This document shows positions 45,281-55,925 of a stretch of DNA of 64,000 bases, one piece after another. Every line of letters starts with the position of its first letter. The first letter of the stretch is position 1. The stretch comes from Piromyces finnis finn. Lineage: Eukaryota > Fungi > Neocallimastigomycota. Location of the stretch: the NCBI GenBank assembly GCA_002104945.1, contig MCFH01000096.1:35032-99031 (forward strand), written 5' to 3'. Made by a program: the position numbers and the translations under genes. The notes under the pieces are model-generated. The model did not search any database. It saw nothing but the letters and a program-made list of their open reading frames with translations, and was not told where the DNA came from.

Positions 45281-48200
45281 ATGGAGGTCAGTATTGATAC
45301 GGAAGATAAAGTAGAAGTAGAAAAAGCTAAAAAGAAAAATACAGATATTCTACCGACGTTATTGAAAATGACTAAAGATAAAGAAAAAGATAAAACTAAA
45401 GAGGAGAAAGTCACACGTAATATCCAAATGAGAGGTGATACCAGTGATTATGATATTTTTGAAGATTTAAACACAGCTAAATGTGATATTACTTATGGAC
45501 AGTTATTTAATGTATGCCCAAAAATAAGAACACAACTTTCCCAAGGACTAAAGTTAGAGAAAGTACTAGGCAAGGTATCAGGTGCATTAAATAACATAGT
45601 AGCTACTACAACCTTATTAAATAATATCAACCATGACTATATAAGTAAGAATAATGAAGCTTCAGAAGAAGATATAGCAATGGTGGATGCGACTGTGGAT
45701 GGGATACCAGGAAAACTACTGGTGGATACGTGTAGTAACTTAAATGTTATTACATCTTCTTTTTACAAAAGACTACCAAAGGAATATGAAGTGGTAGGAA
45801 TAAGCAAAGGACGTATTCGACTAGCTACTACTGATGAAGAATACTCTGAGGGTACTGTGGTGCGTATACCAGTTAGAATAGGAGAGGTAGAACTAGTGGT
45901 TGACTTCAGAATACTTGAAAAAGAAGAACCGTTCTATGATATGTTAATAAATTATAAAACTCAAGTAGATAATTTATTATATATAAATCCAGTAACCAAG
46001 AGCTTATGTCAAGTGAAAGAAAGAGGTGTAGTAGAAGAAATAGTACCTATCAATAACCAATATTATAATGAAGGAAAATTGGTATGTACTATTAAGAAGA
46101 TACCAGATGGAGATACTAAAAGCTTGAAGTCTATTGAAGGTTTACCACCTCAGGAGTATATACACAATGAGATATTCTTGAACACCTTACCAAAAGATAA
46201 ACGGAAAGAAATACTCCGACTTTTGGAAGAAAACTTAGAGATTATTGCGACGTCTTCTGAGGAATTAACGCCTTCTAAATTATCACCACATAAAATAAAT
46301 CTAAAGGCTGGTGTAAAACCAGTTAAACAAAGAGCTTATAGGTTAACTAAATTTAAATCAGATATACTAAAAGAAGAGTTAACTAAGCTAATAGAAAAAA
46401 AGTTAATAGAGCCGTCCTATTCAGAATGGTCCTCCCCTGTAGTTCTGGTTCCAAAACATAATGGTAAGTGGAGAATGTGTGTGGACTATAGGAGAGTGAA
46501 CGACCTCACGGAAAAGGACTCTTATTCACTCCCCTATATTGATGAAATATTTGATAGTCTGAACGGAGCCAAAATATTCACTACTATGGACTTATATTCA
46601 GGTTATCATCAAATTTCTATGCATGAGGAAAGCACTGAGGTTACTAGTTTTACTACCAAGTTTGGTAACTATCAGTTTAAGGTCATGCCGTTTGGGTTAA
46701 CTAATGCACCAGCAACTTTTCAGAGGGAAATGAATAAGATATTATTTCCTTTAATAGGAAATTGTGTATATAATTTTATTGATGATGTACTCATATATTC
46801 CAAGAGTGTGGAAGAACACATGGAACATATTAAGAGAGTATTTGAAATATTGAAAGAAAATGAATTAAAAATAAATCTTGAGAAATGTAGTTTTATGAAG
46901 GAAGAAGTAAATGTATTAGGTCACAGGTTATCTACTAAAGGTTTGAGTCCTTTGGAAAGTAAAATAGAAGCCATAAGGAAGTGGGAAGCTCCAGGAAATA
47001 TTCATGAGTTACGTTCGTTTTTGGGTGCAGTAGGATATTATCGAAATTTTATTCCTAATTATTCTCAAGTAACCGCGCCCTTATGTGAGTTATTAAAGAA
47101 AAATGTACGATATAAATGGGAAGAAAAACATGAAAAAGCATTTAAAGTATTAAAAGAAAAACTGATAAACGCTCCCATTTTAAAGTTTCCTGAATTTGAT
47201 AAGCCTTTTATCATACGTACGGACGCGTCGTATGAAGGAGTGGGTGGTGTTTTATTACAAGAAGATGAAACTAACAAAATAGAACACCCTGTACATTATA
47301 TTAGTCGAAGTCTTAGTAAAGCGGAGAAGAACTATGGAATAACAGAGTTAGAAGGTGCTGCGTTATTCTTTTGCGTGAGTAAGTTAAAACCTTATATTTT
47401 AGGAAACCCGTACACTACTATGGTTTATACGGACCATAAACCACTTTTGGGTTTATTTAAAAATAAGGAACCAAATAGTGCACGTCACAACAGATGGTGT
47501 CTTACAGTAAGTCAGTTGGATATTGATATTCAATATGATAAAGGAAAGAATAATGTTATAGCTGATGCATTATCAAGAATGAAGAATAAAGAGGAGAAAA
47601 AGATACTGGTAACAAAAATTAATAAAACTAATAATGAAGAGTTATTAACCAAAGTTATTAAGGAGTTTATAGCTGAAAAATTTACTACCGTAGATGGGAA
47701 GGACTATTTCGTAGATGGTAATAACTTACGTCAGCTAATATCTACTGTAGAAGAAAAAGTAAAGTTAATATTTCAAGCACATAACGTAGGTCATGAAGGT
47801 TATTATAAGACTTATCAAAGGTTAAAGAAAAATTATTATTGGAATGATATGATAGCGGATATTAAAAGAATTATTAGCAAGTGTGAGAAGTGTCAAGTAA
47901 ATAGACCACAACCTTATCCAGAACCAACTGAGGACAAAGCTACTAAAGTGGAAGGACCATTTGTACATCTAGGTTTGGATATTATTGGGCCATTACCTAA
48001 GACAAGAAATAGTAAACAATATATAATAGTCATAGTTGACTATTTTACTAAATGGGTAGAAGCCGAAGCGGTGGAAACTGTTACTTCTCTGGACGTGATA
48101 AAGTTTTTAATAAATGTGTTTGCAAGACATGGGGTACCACAAGTTATTACTACAGATAATGGAACTCAATTTACCTCAGATATGACAAAGATATTTCTAG

Positions 48201-48799
48201 ACCTATATGACGTATATGTGAAGTTCACAGTTCCCTACCACCCTGAAAGTAATGGATTAACAGAAAACCGAAATAAGGAAATTGGGAAACTTTTAAGACT
48301 TTTAGGGAAAGAAAATAAAGACTGGGATGAAGTTCTACCTTCCGCGCTTTGGGCCTTAAGAACTACAAAGAATACGGCTACGAAACATTCAAGTTTTGAG
48401 CTAGTTTATGGTAGGGAAGACCAACAACCTTTTGATATAGCTGCCCGACCCACTAAAGATCAAAACAAGAGTTCCGATGAAATTCTTTTGGAAAAGTTTA
48501 TAAATCACTACCGATGGACCCTAGAAGCTGCTGAAAATGTAAAGACGGCTAATAAATATTGGTCTATGAGAAGAGAAGAAAAATTAAGTATGAATCAAGC
48601 TAAGAAAATAAAAGTAGGTGACCTAGTTTTGGTAAGAAACTTCAGTAGAACAAAATTGGAACCTTACTTTGTAGGACCTCTCAAAGTGGTCCAGAAACAG
48701 TTCAATACAGTAGTCTTAGCAGACCCAGAAACTGGAGTACTAATGAACAGAAATGTACATTTCAAAAATGTCGTTAAATATAACTCAGCAACGGAGTAG
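45281..48799 (+). CDS. pol: Pol (PR-RT-RH-IN, no chromodomain), family C; probably expressed as Gag-Pol
   Basis: LVDTCS, FIDDVL, RTDASY, HNVGH..CEKC, DDE, YFVGP. The protein ends shortly after the GPY/F motif. Confidence 0.95.
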   Translation: MEVSIDTEDKVEVEKAKKKNTDILPTLLKMTKDKEKDKTKEEKVTRNIQMRGDTSDYDIFEDLNTAKCDITYGQLFNVCPKIRTQLSQGLKLEKVLGKVSGALNNIVATTTLLNNINHDYISKNNEASEEDIAMVDATVDGIPGKLLVDTCSNLNVITSSFYKRLPKEYEVVGISKGRIRLATTDEEYSEGTVVRIPVRIGEVELVVDFRILEKEEPFYDMLINYKTQVDNLLYINPVTKSLCQVKERGVVEEIVPINNQYYNEGKLVCTIKKIPDGDTKSLKSIEGLPPQEYIHNEIFLNTLPKDKRKEILRLLEENLEIIATSSEELTPSKLSPHKINLKAGVKPVKQRAYRLTKFKSDILKEELTKLIEKKLIEPSYSEWSSPVVLVPKHNGKWRMCVDYRRVNDLTEKDSYSLPYIDEIFDSLNGAKIFTTMDLYSGYHQISMHEESTEVTSFTTKFGNYQFKVMPFGLTNAPATFQREMNKILFPLIGNCVYNFIDDVLIYSKSVEEHMEHIKRVFEILKENELKINLEKCSFMKEEVNVLGHRLSTKGLSPLESKIEAIRKWEAPGNIHELRSFLGAVGYYRNFIPNYSQVTAPLCELLKKNVRYKWEEKHEKAFKVLKEKLINAPILKFPEFDKPFIIRTDASYEGVGGVLLQEDETNKIEHPVHYISRSLSKAEKNYGITELEGAALFFCVSKLKPYILGNPYTTMVYTDHKPLLGLFKNKEPNSARHNRWCLTVSQLDIDIQYDKGKNNVIADALSRMKNKEEKKILVTKINKTNNEELLTKVIKEFIAEKFTTVDGKDYFVDGNNLRQLISTVEEKVKLIFQAHNVGHEGYYKTYQRLKKNYYWNDMIADIKRIISKCEKCQVNRPQPYPEPTEDKATKVEGPFVHLGLDIIGPLPKTRNSKQYIIVIVDYFTKWVEAEAVETVTSLDVIKFLINVFARHGVPQVITTDNGTQFTSDMTKIFLDLYDVYVKFTVPYHPESNGLTENRNKEIGKLLRLLGKENKDWDEVLPSALWALRTTKNTATKHSSFELVYGREDQQPFDIAARPTKDQNKSSDEILLEKFINHYRWTLEAAENVKTANKYWSMRREEKLSMNQAKKIKVGDLVLVRNFSRTKLEPYFVGPLKVVQKQFNTVVLADPETGVLMNRNVHFKNVVKYNSATE

Positions 48800-50085
48800 C
48801 TTGAGTTTTAACGAAGGGCATTCTGTTAAGGAATGAACATAAATAGTTGAATTAGCTAGAATTTTAGGAATTAACCTTCAACTATTTATATTCCTTACTA
48901 GTGTTTAACTCTATTTTTAAAATATAAAAATTATAATATATAATTTTTATACATTTTTCTAGTAATTATTAATATTTTTATTATATAGTTATATTATTTG
49001 TATATAGTTATTTAAGACCTTTATTATTAGTATTAGTATAATTACTTATAATATTTTATACTTATAAATTTTACAAAATTTTACTATTAAAATAGTTATA
49101 GGTATTTTATTATTATTTAAGGTTTATTTTATTAATTAACCTTATTGTATAATATTTTATAATTTGAAATTATGACATAGAATTTAATTATAATTTTTAC
49201 TAAAAGAGGCAACTGTTACACACAAAACAGAAGATACCTCGACAGAAAAATTATTATTTATGTCTAAAAAAGGGCATAATTAATTGAATAATATAATTTT
49301 ATTATATGTCATAATTAAATATATAATATATGATATGCAAAAATGTTACACATATCATAAATTAAAATTTTATTAATTATAAATTAAAAATTTTTCTATT
49401 CAAATATTAAGAGATTATTCATAATATATATTAAGGATTTAATTAATATATGTTACAGTGAATGATCCATATATTATGAATGAAATCAATTTAAATCCTT
49501 AGCTATCCAAAACCATTAAATTTCAAATAATGGATAGTTGGAAAAAGTACGAGGATTTTTGAGAAAAATTTTAAAAATTGAAAAATCAAAAATAAATTAA
49601 ATGAATAAAAATTAAAATTAAATAAATTTTTATTTTTATAACTATTCAAGTGTTTTGTGATATCTTATTTGAACCGTAGCATAATTAATGGTGGAGATAT
49701 CGGGGATAATAATAACATATTGATATCACACTACATTTTTATAGTTACTTTTATATTTATTTTTGTATTATTATTTAATTAAAATAGTTAATAATTCAAA
49801 AGAGGGTTATACTAGTATAATAAAAAGTTATATACTTCAAGGCACAATTAAAATAGTTAATAGAGAGAAATTAATATTGTTAATTGGTGCAGTTAAGGAA
49901 GTATTTTATATTGGTATTACTAGTTTAACTAAAGAGAATAATTATTAGTGTTGTTAATTAAATATATTTCAAATATTGTTGTAATTCATTCTTTTAAATT
50001 CTTATAAAAGAAAATTATTTTTTTTTTAAACTTGTTTCATTCTTTAATATTATTGTAAAATTGTATTTTTATCTTTATTTAAAAC

Positions 50086-51006
50086 TTGTATATAAAAATG
50101 AGTACGGGAGCTGATAAATCTATTGACTTTGCTAAATTAATGAAGGAATTAAAGCATGTCACTAGATTAACCGAAGATAATTTGGACATTAAGACTTGGT
50201 ATAGTCAATTAAAGTATTGGACTATGCTTCAAGATGTTAAAAGTCCAAAAATGGTGTTTCTAGCTTGTTTGTTTACTACTACAGGAACACCAAATGAACT
50301 TATTCAAGAGTTGAATCCTAATAAGGACTTCGAAAGTGATGAAGACAGTGAAGATAGTGATGAAGAAGATGAAGGTAGAGGAAAGAGAAGAGCTCACTAC
50401 CCTTCCCTTAAAAAGATAGTCACTATGTTAGAAGAATTTTATGGAGTAAAGGAAGATCAAATAGAACTTCTCAAGGAGCTTAGGGATATGCGAATCAAAA
50501 AGAATGAAAAAGTAAAAGACTTCAACATAAGGTACCGTTCCTTGTATGTCAAACTAGACAAGAAGCGTAGAAGGAAAGTAGATGTTGAAGATTACTTAGA
50601 TTCCATTGAGCCTAACTATAAAGCCTGGGAAAATGTGCGTAGGGAAAAAGAAGTTACCTTAGCAGAAGCCTACAAGCTTGCCGAAGATGGGGACAGACTA
50701 AATTTAAGAAATCGTCATAAAGCTAACAATTATGATGTATCCACCTCTTCTAACTCTGATAAAAGATATAAAAATAAATATGAAAGAAAAGAAGATAGCT
50801 ATGAAAGGAACAAGAAGCCAACAATAGCGAATTATGGTAATGATAAGAAAGATCCTATGAATGAGTTGACGGAGAAAATGAGAAACTTAACTATCAAAAC
50901 TTGCTACTTTTGCAACGAGAAGGGACACTTTCAATATCATTGTCCTAAACTGAGTGCCATAGTAGAAGAAAACAAACAAAAGGCCAGAAAAGGTCATTTA
51001 AATTAG
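50086..51006 (+). CDS. gag: Gag, family C (second tandem unit)
   Basis: Same protein as 43911-44831. Confidence 0.9.
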   Translation: MYIKMSTGADKSIDFAKLMKELKHVTRLTEDNLDIKTWYSQLKYWTMLQDVKSPKMVFLACLFTTTGTPNELIQELNPNKDFESDEDSEDSDEEDEGRGKRRAHYPSLKKIVTMLEEFYGVKEDQIELLKELRDMRIKKNEKVKDFNIRYRSLYVKLDKKRRRKVDVEDYLDSIEPNYKAWENVRREKEVTLAEAYKLAEDGDRLNLRNRHKANNYDVSTSSNSDKRYKNKYERKEDSYERNKKPTIANYGNDKKDPMNELTEKMRNLTIKTCYFCNEKGHFQYHCPKLSAIVEENKQKARKGHLN

Positions 51007-51455
51007 ATAGTGGGAGAAGAAGCACTCCCAGTAATCCAAAAATAGCTTCACTTAATAACAGTTCAGTTGATAATAATGAGTACTCTGAATATTCTGAGTA
51101 TTCTGACTTATCAGATAATGAAGAAATATCTTCTATTGAAGATAAAATTATTGCTGCAGCTAAAAGAAAAGCTAATGATGAAGAAGACTCTTCCAAGAAA
51201 AGAGTACAAAAATCATTAAAAGAAGACCCAAGACCAATAGTTACCCCTGCTACTAGGAAGCAACAAGAACGTGAACTCAGTAATGAGAGTTTAGAATCAG
51301 GTTCACCATCACAACCCAAGAACCAACTTGACACGTCTGTTCTGAGTCAACCTAATATTAACAAGGAAAAAGAGAAAAGTAAAAGACTCAGAGAAAAACA
51401 AAGAAGTAAACCACCAACCCCCATAAATAAAGACGAAAGAGAAGAAAACGAAGAT

Positions 51456-54400
51456 ATGGAGGTCAGTATTGATACGGAAGATAAAGTAGAAGTAGAAAAA
51501 GCTAAAAAGAAAAATACAGATATTCTACCGACGTTATTGAAAATGACTAAAGATAAAGAAAAAGATAAAACTAAAGAGGAGAAAGTCACACGTAATATCC
51601 AAATGAGAGGTGATACCAGTGATTATGATATTTTTGAAGATTTAAACACAGCTAAATGTGATATTACTTATGGACAGTTATTTAATGTATGCCCAAAAAT
51701 AAGAACACAACTTTCCCAAGGACTAAAGTTAGAGAAAGTACTAGGCAAGGTATCAGGTGCATTAAATAACATAGTAGCTACTACAACCTTATTAAATAAT
51801 ATCAACCATGACTATATAAGTAAGAATAATGAAGCTTCAGAAGAAGATATAGCAATGGTGGATGCGACTGTGGATGGGATACCAGGAAAACTACTGGTGG
51901 ATACGTGTAGTAACTTAAATGTTATTACATCTTCTTTTTACAAAAGACTACCAAAGGAATATGAAGTGGTAGGAATAAGCAAAGGACGTATTCGACTAGC
52001 TACTACTGATGAAGAATACTCTGAGGGTACTGTGGTGCGTATACCAGTTAGAATAGGAGAGGTAGAACTAGTGGTTGACTTCAGAATACTTGAAAAAGAA
52101 GAACCGTTCTATGATATGTTAATAAATTATAAAACTCAAGTAGATAATTTATTATATATAAATCCAGTAACCAAGAGCTTATGTCAAGTGAAAGAAAGAG
52201 GTGTAGTAGAAGAAATAGTACCTATCAATAACCAATATTATAATGAAGGAAAATTGGTATGTACTATTAAGAAGATACCAGATGGAGATACTAAAAGCTT
52301 GAAGTCTATTGAAGGTTTACCACCTCAGGAGTATATACACAATGAGATATTCTTGAACACCTTACCAAAAGATAAACGGAAAGAAATACTCCGACTTTTG
52401 GAAGAAAACTTAGAGATTATTGCGACGTCTTCTGAGGAATTAACGCCTTCTAAATTATCACCACATAAAATAAATCTAAAGGCTGGTGTAAAACCAGTTA
52501 AACAAAGAGCTTATAGGTTAACTAAATTTAAATCAGATATACTAAAAGAAGAGTTAACTAAGCTAATAGAAAAAAAGTTAATAGAGCCGTCCTATTCAGA
52601 ATGGTCCTCCCCTGTAGTTCTGGTTCCAAAACATAATGGTAAGTGGAGAATGTGTGTGGACTATAGGAGAGTGAACGACCTCACGGAAAAGGACTCTTAT
52701 TCACTCCCCTATATTGATGAAATATTTGATAGTCTGAACGGAGCCAAAATATTCACTACTATGGACTTATATTCAGGTTATCATCAAATTTCTATGCATG
52801 AGGAAAGCACTGAGGTTACTAGTTTTACTACCAAGTTTGGTAACTATCAGTTTAAGGTCATGCCGTTTGGGTTAACTAATGCACCAGCAACTTTTCAGAG
52901 GGAAATGAATAAGATATTATTTCCTTTAATAGGAAATTGTGTATATAATTTTATTGATGATGTACTCATATATTCCAAGAGTGTGGAAGAACACATGGAA
53001 CATATTAAGAGAGTATTTGAAATATTGAAAGAAAATGAATTAAAAATAAATCTTGAGAAATGTAGTTTTATGAAGGAAGAAGTAAATGTATTAGGTCACA
53101 GGTTATCTACTAAAGGTTTGAGTCCTTTGGAAAGTAAAATAGAAGCCATAAGGAAGTGGGAAGCTCCAGGAAATATTCATGAGTTACGTTCGTTTTTGGG
53201 TGCAGTAGGATATTATCGAAATTTTATTCCTAATTATTCTCAAGTAACCGCGCCCTTATGTGAGTTATTAAAGAAAAATGTACGATATAAATGGGAAGAA
53301 AAACATGAAAAAGCATTTAAAGTATTAAAAGAAAAACTGATAAACGCTCCCATTTTAAAGTTTCCTGAATTTGATAAGCCTTTTATCATACGTACGGACG
53401 CGTCGTATGAAGGAGTGGGTGGTGTTTTATTACAAGAAGATGAAACTAACAAAATAGAACACCCTGTACATTATATTAGTCGAAGTCTTAGTAAAGCGGA
53501 GAAGAACTATGGAATAACAGAGTTAGAAGGTGCTGCGTTATTCTTTTGCGTGAGTAAGTTAAAACCTTATATTTTAGGAAACCCGTACACTACTATGGTT
53601 TATACGGACCATAAACCACTTTTGGGTTTATTTAAAAATAAGGAACCAAATAGTGCACGTCACAACAGATGGTGTCTTACAGTAAGTCAGTTGGATATTG
53701 ATATTCAATATGATAAAGGAAAGAATAATGTTATAGCTGATGCATTATCAAGAATGAAGAATAAAGAGGAGAAAAAGATACTGGTAACAAAAATTAATAA
53801 AACTAATAATGAAGAGTTATTAACCAAAGTTATTAAGGAGTTTATAGCTGAAAAATTTACTACCGTAGATGGGAAGGACTATTTCGTAGATGGTAATAAC
53901 TTACGTCAGCTAATATCTACTGTAGAAGAAAAAGTAAAGTTAATATTTCAAGCACATAACGTAGGTCATGAAGGTTATTATAAGACTTATCAAAGGTTAA
54001 AGAAAAATTATTATTGGAATGATATGATAGCGGATATTAAAAGAATTATTAGCAAGTGTGAGAAGTGTCAAGTAAATAGACCACAACCTTATCCAGAACC
54101 AACTGAGGACAAAGCTACTAAAGTGGAAGGACCATTTGTACATCTAGGTTTGGATATTATTGGGCCATTACCTAAGACAAGAAATAGTAAACAATATATA
54201 ATAGTCATAGTTGACTATTTTACTAAATGGGTAGAAGCCGAAGCGGTGGAAACTGTTACTTCTCTGGACGTGATAAAGTTTTTAATAAATGTGTTTGCAA
54301 GACATGGGGTACCACAAGTTATTACTACAGATAATGGAACTCAATTTACCTCAGATATGACAAAGATATTTCTAGACCTATATGACGTATATGTGAAGTT

Positions 54401-54974
54401 CACAGTTCCCTACCACCCTGAAAGTAATGGATTAACAGAAAACCGAAATAAGGAAATTGGGAAACTTTTAAGACTTTTAGGGAAAGAAAATAAAGACTGG
54501 GATGAAGTTCTACCTTCCGCGCTTTGGGCCTTAAGAACTACAAAGAATACGGCTACGAAACATTCAAGTTTTGAGCTAGTTTATGGTAGGGAAGACCAAC
54601 AACCTTTTGATATAGCTGCCCGACCCACTAAAGATCAAAACAAGAGTTCCGATGAAATTCTTTTGGAAAAGTTTATAAATCACTACCGATGGACCCTAGA
54701 AGCTGCTGAAAATGTAAAGACGGCTAATAAATATTGGTCTATGAGAAGAGAAGAAAAATTAAGTATGAATCAAGCTAAGAAAATAAAAGTAGGTGACCTA
54801 GTTTTGGTAAGAAACTTCAGTAGAACAAAATTGGAACCTTACTTTGTAGGACCTCTCAAAGTGGTCCAGAAACAGTTCAATACAGTAGTCTTAGCAGACC
54901 CAGAAACTGGAGTACTAATGAACAGAAATGTACATTTCAAAAATGTCGTTAAATATAACTCAGCAACGGAGTAG
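51456..54974 (+). CDS. pol: Pol, family C (second tandem unit)
   Basis: Same protein as 45281-48799. Confidence 0.95.
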   Translation: MEVSIDTEDKVEVEKAKKKNTDILPTLLKMTKDKEKDKTKEEKVTRNIQMRGDTSDYDIFEDLNTAKCDITYGQLFNVCPKIRTQLSQGLKLEKVLGKVSGALNNIVATTTLLNNINHDYISKNNEASEEDIAMVDATVDGIPGKLLVDTCSNLNVITSSFYKRLPKEYEVVGISKGRIRLATTDEEYSEGTVVRIPVRIGEVELVVDFRILEKEEPFYDMLINYKTQVDNLLYINPVTKSLCQVKERGVVEEIVPINNQYYNEGKLVCTIKKIPDGDTKSLKSIEGLPPQEYIHNEIFLNTLPKDKRKEILRLLEENLEIIATSSEELTPSKLSPHKINLKAGVKPVKQRAYRLTKFKSDILKEELTKLIEKKLIEPSYSEWSSPVVLVPKHNGKWRMCVDYRRVNDLTEKDSYSLPYIDEIFDSLNGAKIFTTMDLYSGYHQISMHEESTEVTSFTTKFGNYQFKVMPFGLTNAPATFQREMNKILFPLIGNCVYNFIDDVLIYSKSVEEHMEHIKRVFEILKENELKINLEKCSFMKEEVNVLGHRLSTKGLSPLESKIEAIRKWEAPGNIHELRSFLGAVGYYRNFIPNYSQVTAPLCELLKKNVRYKWEEKHEKAFKVLKEKLINAPILKFPEFDKPFIIRTDASYEGVGGVLLQEDETNKIEHPVHYISRSLSKAEKNYGITELEGAALFFCVSKLKPYILGNPYTTMVYTDHKPLLGLFKNKEPNSARHNRWCLTVSQLDIDIQYDKGKNNVIADALSRMKNKEEKKILVTKINKTNNEELLTKVIKEFIAEKFTTVDGKDYFVDGNNLRQLISTVEEKVKLIFQAHNVGHEGYYKTYQRLKKNYYWNDMIADIKRIISKCEKCQVNRPQPYPEPTEDKATKVEGPFVHLGLDIIGPLPKTRNSKQYIIVIVDYFTKWVEAEAVETVTSLDVIKFLINVFARHGVPQVITTDNGTQFTSDMTKIFLDLYDVYVKFTVPYHPESNGLTENRNKEIGKLLRLLGKENKDWDEVLPSALWALRTTKNTATKHSSFELVYGREDQQPFDIAARPTKDQNKSSDEILLEKFINHYRWTLEAAENVKTANKYWSMRREEKLSMNQAKKIKVGDLVLVRNFSRTKLEPYFVGPLKVVQKQFNTVVLADPETGVLMNRNVHFKNVVKYNSATE

Positions 54975-55860
54975 CTTGAGTTTTAACGAAGGGCATTCTG
55001 TTAAGGAATGAACATAAATAGTTGAATTAGCTAGAATTTTAGGAATTAACCTTCAACTATTTATATTCCTTACTAGTGTTTAACTCTATTTTTAAAATAT
55101 AAAAATTATAATATATAATTTTTATACATTTTTCTAGTAATTATTAATATTTTTATTATATAGTTATATTATTTGTATATAGTTATTTAAGACCTTTATT
55201 ATTAGTATTAGTATAATTACTTATAATATTTTATACTTATAAATTTTACAAAATTTTACTATTAAAATAGTTATAGGTATTTTATTATTATTTAAGGTTT
55301 ATTTTATTAATTAACCTTATTGTATAATATTTTATAATTTGAAATTATGACATAGAATTTAATTATAATTTTTACTAAAAGAGGCAACTGTTACACACAA
55401 AACAGAAGATACCTCGACAGAAAAATTATTATTTATGTCTAAAAAAGGGCATAATTAATTGAATAATATAATTTTATTATATGTCATAATTAAATATATA
55501 ATATATGATATGCAAAAATGTTACACATATCATAAATTAAAATTTTATTAATTATAAATTAAAAATTTTTCTATTCAAATATTAAGAGATTATTCATAAT
55601 ATATATTAAGGATTTAATTAATATATGTTACAGTGAATGATCCATATATTATGAATGAAATCAATTTAAATCCTTAGCTATCCAAAACCATTAAATTTCA
55701 AATAATGGATAGTTGGAAAAAGTACGAGGATTTTTGAGAAAATTTTTAAAAAATTGAAAAATCAAAAATAAATTAAATGAATAAAAATTAAAATTAAATA
55801 AATTTTTATTTTTATAACTATTCAAGTGTTTTGTGATATCTTATTTGAACCGTAGCATTG

Positions 55861-55925
55861 TGTCACAATAACATATTGTAAAATATTGTATTAATAGAAT
55901 AATGTATTTAATTGTGAAGATATTA
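55861..55925 (+). repeat. Stack of LTR termini: A-like start (55861-55876, then 36 bp diverged or unknown) and H start (55913-55925)
   Basis: TGTCACAATAACATAT matches the A LTR start and TGTGAAGATATTA matches the H LTR start. The F LTR follows at 55926. Confidence 0.7.

Larger units (their letters stand above)
42649..55857 (+). mobile_element. Family C tandem dimer (LTR-internal-LTR-internal-LTR), period 6175 bp
   Basis: LTRs 42649-43506, 48824-49681 and 54999-55857. PBS at 43514-43532 and 49689-49707. PPT GAAGGGCATTC. Confidence 0.96.
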
